In this document: positions 38,206-49,252 of the stretch, one piece after another
Layout of the letters: every line of letters begins with the position of its first letter
How positions within the stretch are numbered: the first letter of the stretch is position 1
From: Mobula hypostoma
Lineage: Eukaryota
DNA: 64,000 bases
Assembly: GCF_963921235.1 (NCBI RefSeq)
Contig: NC_086108.1
Location: 92,010,001-92,074,000, forward strand
Direction: 5' to 3'
Translations under genes and position numbers: made by a program
Notes under the pieces: model-generated
The model's database searches: none
What the model was told of the DNA's origin: nothing
Seen by the model: the letters and a program-made list of their open reading frames with translations, nothing else

Positions 38206-39873
38206 AACTAACTTCCAAAGTCAATTTATTTCGTACTTCGAACATTGGGCAGGTGACCTGCTCCTACAAAGTCGCATCCAAATAATGTTCTAAATCTCCC
38301 ACCCCCATATTTCAACATTCAAATGATCTGAAGCACACTGGAGACAAAGTCCCTTTAACATTGTGGAAACATTAACAGAAGTAACACTGAATTAAACACA
38401 AATATCTTGTCATTACAATTTAAGCCAAAGGCACATCATTTGGTGGTCACCAGTGGCAGATATTATTATCAATTAAAACGATTGCCTCCCGCACTGTCAC
38501 CACTTCAGAGGGAAGTGAATGTCTCACAGAAGGGACAATTTGTATTCTTATCTTTGTTAATGTCAAATCTGATTCACTGCAAAGCAAAGGCATTTTATAA
38601 ATTAATTGCAATCAAGACAAATGTAAAGATTAGACAAAAATACAGGATTTTTTTTTACTTTTTATCCTACAGTGAACTCAGCTTAGAGGCACAGTAATAA
38701 GTGATGCCAGCCCCTGATGGATCCATGCTGAAGATTAATTGTTTGAACTGAAAAGATAGTTTGTATAATTCTCTGCATTGTGCAAAATTCATGTTCAGTC
38801 ATTTATATTAAATCTGCCCACTGCTATAGGATGCAGTTTTTAAACATGCTCTGAGATGATTGAAAGATGATAGAGGGAACAAAGGTATTTGCTCTGTGCT
38901 TATCCTTTTGCAGCACTAAGATCTGTATCTTAGAAATGTAATCTGAAAGAAAATTCTGCCCCAAGTATCTGCTGCCAATTGTGCGGAAAATAAGAGATGA
39001 CAGTACGGCTGTTTGTGTATGCTGAATTAGATCTTTTTCCAGCATCCTATAATGTCATTATTAGCACTCAAATACATTGTGTCAAAACATGTCTGCATGG
39101 GCACAGGGGCCAGAGAACGTCAGATTTATTGCTCAGTCAATGTGACATGATACATTCAACATGAGCGGCACTGAATGCACAGGACCGGTTGCAGCTCCCT
39201 TAATCTTCCTAAACTCCGCTTGATGAATTGACCTCTGCAGCCACCTACTGTATGCAAAGAGATTGCAGACCCAAAATCCTGTGGGTGAAAGTGTTTGCTG
39301 TTACACTTCAAGGGTCAGCGGGGCTGTGTAGTGATGTGTCTAAACTGACAATACAAAGGGTGCAAAGGTCTGGAAATCCTTTGATAATGTACAAATTGAC
39401 TCCTCCGATCTGCATGCTTTGTCTCAGCTGCACTTTCTGTATCAGCAGCGCAAGCTGTCAGAATCCTGTAGTAAATGGTCCAGGGTCAAAGTACTGCCCA
39501 CCAGAGGCTAATGCAAGATTGATATTTGATCCCATTCTATAGGAGGAATTTTAAAAAGTACGTCTCAGGCATTCATCAGCCCATTAAATTAAGACGTTGC
39601 TGCCATTGATAAAATTAGATCGTAATTCTGCGTGTCAGGTAATGTGGATGTATTCCACTGCAAAAGTTTCAAGGGACTGAATGTACTATTCTCCTAGCCT
39701 TTGAGAATCAAAAGGCAAAACTTTATTCCTTTCTTACAAATTTAATTGTTCTTTCATTATTCATGGTAAAGGGAATGATAAAAGTTCACTGAACAACATT
39801 CCTAAAGAATTCTCTTGTCTTAATAAGCAAATTGTAATTCTCTGATGTAGAATCGCTTATAGTTTTTCTATAG

Positions 39874-39953
39874 CAGGGGTTCCCAACCTTTTGTATGCCG
39901 TGGATTAATACCATCAAGCAAGTGGTCCATGGACAGCAGGGTGGGAACCCCTG
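39874..39953. mobile_element. hAT-type MITE
   Basis: TIR caggggttccca; 8 bp TSD ttctatag/gtctatag. Confidence 0.85.
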
Positions 39954-40260
39954 GTCTATAGGATTGTTTTAGGGCAGCTTGCAATTGTTGGCATTCTTCT
40001 GGAGTCAACATATCTCACCCAGAGATCAGTAACTCGAACCGGTACTTCTTTCAAATTTGGGAGGAAAGTGGAATACCCGAAGGAAACCTACAGGCCGCTC
40101 AATCCACTCCTCTTAATTACCTCCTGTAATGTCCGGGCCATCGCTAAGTCAAAATACGCTGCAGTGGAACTCCTGAATGACACCCGCAGGTCTCCCGCTT
40201 AGTCCCGATGTGGCAGTGGCAAGCAGGAATGGGGTCAGGAACATGTATAGCCCAAAATTC

Positions 40261-40402
40261 ATCAAAGTTGCTGGTGAACGCAGCAGGCCAGGCAGCATCT
40301 CTAGGAAGAGGTACAGTCGACGTTTCAGGCTGGCCTGCTGCGTTCACCAGCAACCTTGATGTGTGTTGCTTGAATTTTCAGCATCTGCAGAATTCCTGTT
40401 GT
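40261..40402. mobile_element. Palindromic Penelope-like insertion D
   Basis: Arms ~40260-40329 and 40330-40403; 13 bp TSD tagcccaaaattc at 40248-40260 and 40403-40415. Confidence 0.9.
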
Positions 40403-40924
40403 TAGCCCAAAATTCCCTCATTTTAGATGTCTTGCAGCTTACCTGATTCATCCCGATGTGGTGATTGGTGGGGGTGTCATCCCGAGGAATTAAACCCTCA
40501 TCATATCTTTCACTTCCTCCTATTAGTCCTCCTGATGTGTTCAGACCATTCAGGATATTGGCTCTTGAATCTGGTTTAGTATCTCTACTGGATCTTATAT
40601 GAAAGGATGTGCATAAAACTCAGTGATAATTATTACTACTTTAGTCCATGTTCCTTTATTTATGAGGACAAGAATTGAAAAACAAAATCTGATTCATTTA
40701 GAAATTGTGCTCCCATTCTAACTAGAAGTCAGGTGATTAAAATGGTCAGTAGCTGCTGCCTGACATTTCATCAGTAGTGGGAAATGCGTTAAGCACAGGC
40801 TCCACATTAAAATGTTTCCCACAGGCAGGGGGAAAAAAAAATTTTTAAAGGACTTCTGAAATCCTGATCTTTCCATTCAGAACAAAAAAGGATAGAAGTT
40901 ATGGTAATTAATGATAGAAGAAAG

Positions 40925-41260
40925 CATAATTAAGGTATACAAGATATTAAGAGGAATAGATAGAGTGGACAGCCAGTGCCTCTTCCCCAGGGCACCACTG
41001 CTCAATACAAGAGGACATGGCTTTAAGGTAAGGGGTGGGAAGTTCAAGGGGGATATTAGAGGAAGGTTTTTCACTCAGAGAGTGGTTGATGCGTGGAATG
41101 CACTGCCTGAGTCAGTGGTGGAGGCAGATACACTAGTGAAATTTATGCGACTACTAAACAGGCATATGGAGGAATTTAAGGTGGGGGGTTATGTGGGAGG
41201 CAGGGTTTGAGGGTCAGCACAACAATGTGGGCCGAAGGGCCTGTACTACTCTATGTTCTA
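40925..41260 (+). mobile_element. CR1-type LINE 3' end
   Basis: IKVYKILRGIDRVD...TRGH...FFTQRVV; ctatgttcta tail. Confidence 0.9.
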
Positions 41261-41287
41261 TAAGGTGTGTTGGTCTTCATTAGCGAT

Positions 41288-41605
41288 CTAGAGCTTTTCT
41301 CTTTGGAGCAAAGGAGGGTGACAGGTGACTTGATGGAGGTGTATAGGATGATAAGAGGCAGAGATAGAGTGGACAGCCAGTGTCTTTTTCCAAGGGTGGA
41401 AGTGGCTAATATGAGGGGGCATAATTTTAAGATGAGTGGAGGAAAATATAGGGGGGATGCCAGAGGTACGTTTTTTACCCAGAGAGTGAAATGCACTGTC
41501 ATGGGTGGCAGTAGAGGCAAGTACATTAGGGATATTTAAGGGACTCTTAGGTGCAGTAGGCACCTGGATGAAAGGAAAATGGAGGACTATGTGTGAAGGA
41601 AGCAT
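41288..41605 (+). mobile_element. CR1-type LINE 3' end, second copy
   Basis: LFSLEQRRVTGDLMEVYRMIRG; its tail resumes near 41905-41960 after a SINE. Confidence 0.85.
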
Positions 41606-41619
41606 TAGATTAATCCTAC

Positions 41620-41897
41620 AGCATGATGCTATTGTAGCTCAGGGCATTGTAGTTTGGGCTTGAACTCTGACGCCGAGGAGTTGTAAGAAGTTTGTATGTT
41701 CCTCCCCGTAAGTGTGAGGGTTTTCTCCAGGTGTTCTGGTTTCCTCCCACATTCCAAAGACATAATGCTTAGTGGATTAATCGGAATTGTGAATTCTCCT
41801 GTGACTAGGCTAGGGTTAAATAGGTGGGTAGCTGGGCAGTGTGCATCATTGGGCCAGAAGGGCCCGATCAACACTGTATCTCTAAATAAAAAATAAA
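41620..41897 (+). mobile_element. V-SINE-like element
   Basis: V-domain gtttgtatgttcctcccc...ggtttcctcccacattccaaagac. Confidence 0.8.
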
Positions 41898-42633
41898 AAA
41901 TAGAAGTTTAGCACAACATCATGGGCTGAAGGCCTATACTGTGTTGTATTGTTCCATGTTTTTTTGTAGTCAGAGTACTGCTAACACAAAATCAGGATCG
42001 CTGGGCTCTGGGCAGGAATATACTGAAGTCATAGCAGGCCTTTACCAAAGTAAGAACAGAACTCAAAGGGTGAAATAACAAGGAGCAATTATGGAATATA
42101 TTTCCTAGAATTTAGAGGCAAGAGATAGCAGAACTGCAGTTTTTGAGATAGCAAGGGAACCAGATAAGGTGAACGAAAGGAAACTATCTTCTGGTTATGG
42201 AATCTAGATGTAGTCTAAAAGTGCAAAAGTAGGCTTTTCGGGGTAAAGTTTGGAAGCACACCTACACACAGAGGGACAGAGATTTAAATAGACCACTATC
42301 AGCCACTATGCCACATTAGTAAAGAAATGGCCAATGAAGTCAATCCAAGTCTGTTAATTTGACTATATTAGTGACACGGCCAAGAACTCTTAAGCCACTT
42401 TCACTCCTGAGAAGGTGAAAGAGATTTGGACCTCTCCTTCTCAAATGACAATTGTTGTTATGCTGACTATTTATTTAAAACTGAAGATGGATAGGTTTTT
42501 GCTAACTGTAGATATTAGAGGATTTTGAGAACTGATGGACCTATAGAGTTGACAAACATATATACCATCATCGAATGATGGAACAAACTCGAGGAACTAG
42601 ACATACAGCTGCTGTTCCCATTTTCCTCTGGTC

Positions 42634-42714
42634 CTGGGGTTCCCAACCTTTTTTTATGCCATGGACTCCTACCATTAATCGAAAAGTCCGTGGATCCCAG
42701 GGTGTGAACCCCTG
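42634..42714. mobile_element. hAT-type MITE
   Basis: TIR ctggggttccca / tgtgaacccctg; 8 bp TSD ctctggtc/ctctcgtc. Confidence 0.8.
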
Positions 42715-43004
42715 CTCTCGTCTTACAACTACTTCACTGCTTCACAGTCTTCCTGTGCCCATTCATACAAAATAAAACCTCCTGATCTTTACTGGAAATT
42801 CTCCTTCCTGAAAACTGAACAGACTTTTCATGAATGACTTTTTTAAACAACGTCCCAATGGAAAAGGCCTGTTTCCCAGTACACACAGTGGATGAAGCCT
42901 TGAGGGAATATTGATTTAATATCTTTGTGTCCAGAGGATCTGCCACCTCACTTCCTCCGCTCACCTGTACCTAGATAAAATGGGTTGAATTGCAATGTTA
43001 TCTC

Positions 43005-43430
43005 AGAATGAGAATCGTGTTTATTATCACAGATATATATCATGAAATTTGTTGTTCTGCAGCAAGATGTAAAAATGGACCACTCTGAAATCTGATTGTG
43101 AAGGGGAAGATGCTGTTCCTAAAACCTAATGTGTGGGCCTTTAGACTCCTGTAGCTTCTCATTGATCGTAGTAATGAGAAGAGGGTGTGTCCCAGATGAT
43201 GCGGGTCCTTAACAATGGCCGCTGCCTTCTTGGAGCACTGCCTTGTGATGGTGTTTTTTGATGGTGAGGAAATTATGCACATGATGGAGCTGGATGAGTC
43301 TACAAATGCTCTACAGCATCTTTTGATCCTATTCCACTAGAGCCTCCATTCCGTCAGAATGCTCTCCACATTATGTCTGTAGAAATTTGTAAGAGTCTTT
43401 GGTGTTATACCAAAATTCCTCAAACTCCTA
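43005..43430 (-). mobile_element. Rex1-like LINE 3' fragment
   Basis: ORF 43040-43282 (KKAAAIVKDPHHLGHTLFSLL...YRSLK). Confidence 0.85.
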
Positions 43431-44369
43431 AAGAATCAGAACTGCTGGGATGCCATCTTCATATATAGATGCACAAACAACTCCCAGGAATACTTTTATA
43501 GACCAAAGCTTTTGATGAAACAATGTTGATAATCTATTAATTCCATGAAATTTACTTCTAGGTGGTGCTTGATTGTAAGGTGTCAATATTATGCTTTTAA
43601 TATTGTTTGAATGCATGGTTTTGATCAAACAGTTAACATTCTTAAGTTTGAAATTCATTAGAGTAAATAATTGAATTATATTTGTGCACTTCAACCAACA
43701 TAGCACAGCCCAGGTGAACTCCAATAAATAATGTTGAAATAACATTAAAAAGAAAACTCAATTGGTCTGGATAATTACAACTGATTTGTAATTGAGATTC
43801 AGTGATGCCATAAGTTCAAGCACAATTCTATTATCTCCAGACCTCTCCATCCTATATAATCAGTTAATACTTTATTTATAAACCAAATTGCATTTCAAAA
43901 TGTAAAGCCCTTTGTCTCTATCGTGGTAATATACTGAAGCCCACACCAGAAAAAGTGGAAACAGCTTTATCCAGAGGATGACTACAATATGGAAATTGGT
44001 AATAATACAAAGATATTAACTAATTGAGGCAAATAAGACAATTGTTCAAGGGAGGAACTAGATAATTACATAAGGGAGAAAGGACTAGAAGGTTATGATG
44101 CTGTTAGAAGGATGGGGGAGTGTTTGCTGGAGCATTAATATTGACTGGGCCAGAAATATCCCTTCTTGTTCTGTAAAACCTCTAAAATTAATCACATTGT
44201 TTACATGCTGAACTCAAATAGTCAAATCATACTTCAACTCATGAATATTTCAGAAACAATATAAGGAATCAAAATGATCATTCATGGTCCAATAATTCAG
44301 ACCAATTATTTATCTAACTATTGAACTAAATGTGTTGTAAGTTTTATATTACAATCGTTTAACAGTGTG

Positions 44370-46003
44370 CACTCATTGGCCACTTTATTAGGTATAAAAG
44401 GAGAACTGCTCATTAATGCTAGTATCTAATCAGCCAGTCATGTAGCAGCAACTCATTACCTAAAGGAATACAGACATGGTCAAGAGGTTCAGTTGTTGTG
44501 TGTCAACATCAGAATGAGGAAGAAATGTGATCTATGTGACTTTGACTGTGGAATGTTTGCTGGTGCCAGACGGGGTGGTCTGAGTATTTCAGAAACTGCA
44601 GCTGTCCTGGGATTTTCATGCACAGCAGTCGCAAGTGTTTCCACAGAATGGTGCAAAAAACAAACAAAAAAAATCAATGAGCAGCAGTTCTGTGGGCAAA
44701 AGCATCTTGTTAATGAGAGAGGTCAGGGGAGAATGACCGGACTGTTTCAAGCTGACAGGAAGGCAACTGTAACTCAGATAGCCATGTATTACACTCACAA
44801 CACGCTGGAGGAACTCAGCAGGTCGGGCAGCATCCGTGGAAACGATGAGTCGATGTTTCGGGCCGGAACCCTTCGTCAGGACTGTAGAGGAAAGGGGCAG
44901 AGGCCCTATAAAGAAGGTGGGGGGAGGGTGGGAAGGAGAAGGCTGGTAGGTGCCAGGTGAAAAACCAGTAAGGGGAAAGATAAAGGGGTGGGGCAGGGGA
45001 AGCAGGGAGGGGATGGGGAGGAAAGGTGAAGAAAGAATAGGGGAAAACACAATGGGTAGTAGGAGGAGGCCGAACCATGAGATAGGGGCTGGGGGAGGGG
45101 GCAGAGTGACACAGGGATAGGGGATGGGAGGGGGAGGGAATTACTGGAAGTTGGAGAATTCTATGTTCATACCAAGGGGCTGGAGACTACCTAGACGGTA
45201 AATGAGGTGTTGCTCCTCCAACCTGAGTTTAGCCTCATCATGGCAGTAGAGGAGGCCATGTATGGACATATCTGAATGGGAGTGGGAAACAGAGTTGAAG
45301 TGGGTGGCTACTGGGAGATCCTGTCTGTTTTGGTGTACGGAGCGGAGGTGCTCGATGAAGCGGTCCCCCAATCTGCGTCTGGTTTCACCGATGTAGAGGA
45401 GGCCGCACCGGGAGCACCAGATGCAATAGATGACCCCAACAGACTCTCACTTGGAAGTACTGTTTGGGACCCTGAATGGTGGCAAGAGAGGAGGTGTAGG
45501 GGCAGGTGTAGCACTTGCGCTTACAGGGATAAGTGTCAGGTGGGAGATCCGTGGGGAGGGACGTGTGGACCAGGGAGTCGCGGAGGGACCGATCCCTGCG
45601 GAAGGTGGAGAGGGAAAGATGTGCTTAGTAGTAGGGTCCTGTTGAAGGTGGCGAAAGTTGCGTAGCATAATGTGTTGGATCCGGAGGCTGGTGGGGTGGT
45701 AGATGAGGACAAGAGGAACTCTGTCCCTGTTGTGGTGGCGGGAGGATGGGGTGAGAGCCGAAGTGTGGGAAATGGAGGAGATGCGGGTGAGGGCATCATT
45801 GATGACAGCAGAAGGGAAACCACGATCCTTAAAGAAAGAGGACATTTGAGATGTATTACAACAGTGATGTGCAGAAGAGCATCTCTGAATGCACAGCAGG
45901 TCAAACCTTGAATTAGTTGGGCTACAGCAGCAAAAGACTACAAACATACACAATGGCCACTTTATTAGATACAGGAGGTATCTAACAAAGTGGCCACTGA
46001 GTG
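44370..46003 (+). mobile_element. Non-autonomous Tc1 element interrupted by a PLE
   Basis: TIRs; transposase remnant MRKKCDLCDFDCGMFAGARRGGLSISETAAVLGFS...DRKATVTQI. Confidence 0.9.
44794..45850 (-). mobile_element. Single-arm 5'-truncated PLE (thumb/linker and GIY-YIG remnants)
   Basis: FKDRGFPSAVI...RVPLVLIYHP and GDRFIEHLRSV...QPLGMN; 10 bp TSD atgtattaca at 44784-44793 and 45851-45860; hammerhead variant at 44848-44883. Confidence 0.92.
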
Positions 46004-46559
46004 TATTTCAGAAGCCATCTTACTCTGATTTATTTTTCCAATGTTAATCATCAGGTGGTAAAATCAGATGATAATCTGATAAATTAGCACACCAGCAATA
46101 TGCATACCAATTTTTAACAGCTTTAATTTACCTTTTTTTTCTCTTTTGTTTAGACTACTCAATATAATTAAATTATTCATTGGAACTACAAAGTAGAAAT
46201 AAAGGAAATGCAATTTGAAGGTCACTCATCCAATAGCCCTCCAAAATGTTCACACTTCCATTGTTAAATAGAACAGTGGAACAAACCCTAGAATCTGAAC
46301 TGAATAGGTCTCAGCAGTCTAAATTGTTAAAATTCTACTGCAGGTCTCCAAGCCCAATATAACACTTTTGTTTTACTTAACATCCACATTCTTCTGCATT
46401 TCTTCCCTGGATTCAAAAGATGATCTTGCCAGCGCAGTTAATACCAAAAGCCCGGCTTCAGGACCTCAAATGAAACAGTCAAGTAGAAAATGCAGTTCAA
46501 AACAAGCCACACCCATAAAAACTCTCTACAAGCCTTTAAAATCTACTAAACCAGCTGTT

Positions 46560-47310
46560 TATCGCCATTTCCAGTACACAAGTGTAAAAGTGAACGAAAT
46601 AATTGTTACTCCGGATCAGCACAAAAATAAAAAATAAGATAAGGAACACTATAGGAATTTTTAAAAAAACAGTCAATTTTAAAATGCATGATAGCTTGTA
46701 TAAATAGATTAATTATATGTTCATAAAGTGATGCTAGGCACAGGAGTGCCTGTATCTAAGGTGACTGACAGGAAATGATAAATTACTGGTGTTTGGAGGT
46801 GTGGATGGGTGGGTTAGTGGGCGGTGGACGTGACTCTTCATCTCATGTTCTCAATATTTTTTGCTTATTTCCTTATTAATACTATTATTTCTTTTCTATT
46901 TCCAGTTGTTGTGTTTTGCACATTGGTTGTTTGTCCGTCCTGTTGAGTCTGATCTTTCATTGATTTATTGAATGCCCACAAGAAACTGAATCTCAGGGTT
47001 GTATATGGTGACATGCGTGTACTTTGATAATAAATTTAGTTTGAACTTTGACTTTGCTTGGGGAAAGTAATGGTTTTTAGTCTGGTGGTCTTGGTGTGGG
47101 TGCTACGTAGCCTCCTGCCTGATGGGAGTGGGACAAGCAGTCCATGAGCAGGGTGGGTGGGATCCTTCAAGAAGTTACTGGCCCTTTTCTGGCACCTCTC
47201 TATTTATATGTCCTTGATGGTGGGCAGGCTAGTGCCAGTGAGGAGTTGGGCAGTTCTGACTACCCTTTGTAGAGCTTTCCTGCCTGCCACAGTGCAGTTT
47301 CCATACCAGC
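46560..47310 (-). mobile_element. Rex1-like LINE 3' fragment with a nested plus-strand LINE tail (~46832-47053)
   Basis: WYGNCTVAGRKALQRVVRTAQ...LPTIKDI; homologous to 60607-61010. Confidence 0.8.
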
Positions 47311-48120
47311 GAAGTTTCAAAGGTTTCAAAGGTACACTTAATGTCAGAGAAATGTATACAGTATATACATCCTGAGATTCTTTTTCTTCACAACCATCCA
47401 CGAAAACAGAGGAGTGCCCCAAGGAATGAATGACAGTTAAACATTAGAACCCCCAGAGCTCTCCCCAGCTCCCCCCTCACACATACAAGCAGCAGCAAGG
47501 CAATGACCCACTCCCACCAGCAAAAAGCATAAAGTGCCCTCTACTGAGCACTCAAACATGCAGAAAAGCATCAATAAAGACACAGACTTGCAGTACCCCA
47601 AAGACTACTCGTTCACCCGGTAATTTGACATACCACAGGCTCTCTCTCTCACTAATAAGAGAAAAAGAGATGTCTCCATTTCACAGGGAGAGGGTAGACA
47701 TAACAAACAACTCACTGATTTATGATGTTAAACGTCCGTTGCGTCGCTTTTTCCGAGCTCTGTGCCCAAAGATCTCAGGTCTCTGTGCACACAGCCACAG
47801 ATCTTCCATCTCCCGCGACACACCAATTTCCTACAGAGGCACCAACCTCGAGTCCGCCCGCCTCCAGAGACACAAAATCCCAAAACTCCAGAGGCGAGCT
47901 AATCTTCTCGGCCACTTCCTTGGTATATCAAATAATGGCCAGTTGTGAGACCCGAGAGCGGATCCCATTCCCGCAAAGAACCGAAGTCAGCGTGTAACTC
48001 CGGGTCAGGATCAAAGGAACCCTGAAAGGGAAAAAAAAAGAGATATTAAAGATAGAAATAGGGCTGTTCTGAAGATGCAGGCAAAGGAGTCACCGACAGG
48101 CACTATCGTCTCCCAAGCTC
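47311..48120 (-). mobile_element. Non-autonomous LINE-derived element
   Basis: (tttgaaacc)n-type tail at the left end; CpG-rich 5'UTR-like body; no ORF. Confidence 0.5.
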
Positions 48121-48962
48121 CACTACCCCACATCCCAAATAATGTTCCTTGTTAGGATGCTCTCTACTCCACATCTGTAGAGTGACGTGACTATAGATGG
48201 TATAGGAGTGCATCATCCTCAGAAAGCACAGGAAAGTGAGCTTTCCTGATTGTGTATGATACATTTTGTCAAAAACAGCAAGGATTTGCAATAAAACTGT
48301 TAAACTGAAATAAATACTTGAAAACTAAATTATTAATTTAAAAACATAAAAACTCAAAAAAACTTAAATGATTTTTAAATAATTTAAACATTACATAATG
48401 CAATTAAAACACTCTATCAGTATCATTTTCTGTGTTACTGGTAAATTGTCCATAATTCAAACTAACAAAGATACATTATTAAATAAGAGAACATTAACAG
48501 AGTAAGGACAGCATTTCTTAACAGTGATTTTCTCCTCAGGAACAGACAAAATTTAAACTTTCTATACTAAACGTTATGGCACACTACAGAAACCACTTGG
48601 TCACATGATACCACATCCACTAGTATATATTATAGTTATGCTGCAAAATCCAACTCCCCTTATTCTTCTCTTTCTTCCCCACAGCCCTACAACCCAATTG
48701 AAATAAATGTGCTTGCACACCTGTACCAAGCACAAGATTCAAGAGCAGATACCCGAATGCTTCACCTCTGCACCAAACTATCTATCAATCTAAATAAACC
48801 TGGCCAATTTTTACATCTGGGAAATGGTCAACCGCGACTCATAACTTTGCATATAGGGTAAGATTCATTCATTCCTTCCCCAGCGAAATCCAGGTTTATA
48901 GTACTAAATATAAACCTCACCAATGGACAACCCAGAAAATACTTTATGTGATGTCACAGAGA

Positions 48963-49252
48963 TGGGGCAGCACGGTAGCGTAGTGGTTAGCACAACACAT
49001 TACCGTGCAGGTGACCAGGGTTCAATTCCCATCGTAGCCTGTAAGGAGTTTGTACATCCTCCCCGTGACTGTATGGGTTTCCTCTGGGTGCTCCGGTTTC
49101 CTTCCACAGTCCAAAGGTATACCAGTTGGCAGGTTAATTGGCCATTATAAATTGTCCCGTGATTAGGCTCTGATTAAATCGGGGGATTGCTGGGCAGCAT
49201 GGCTCGAAGGGCTCAGAAGAGCCGATTCTTTGGTGTCTCCCAGTAAAAATAA
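48963..49252 (+). mobile_element. V-SINE-like element, well preserved
   Basis: A box (tagcgtagtgg), B box (ggttcaattcc), V-domain, A-rich tail. Confidence 0.9.

Noticed and set aside
7403..40402. CRISPR-like array or DNA-transposon MITE interpretation of the recurring palindromes
   Set aside because: The copies are dispersed, have variable 10-16 bp TSDs, asymmetric ends and variable centres, and are homologous to a GIY-YIG PLE 3' end.
48963..49035. tRNA gene
   Set aside because: The A and B boxes run directly into the V-SINE body and there is no complete cloverleaf.
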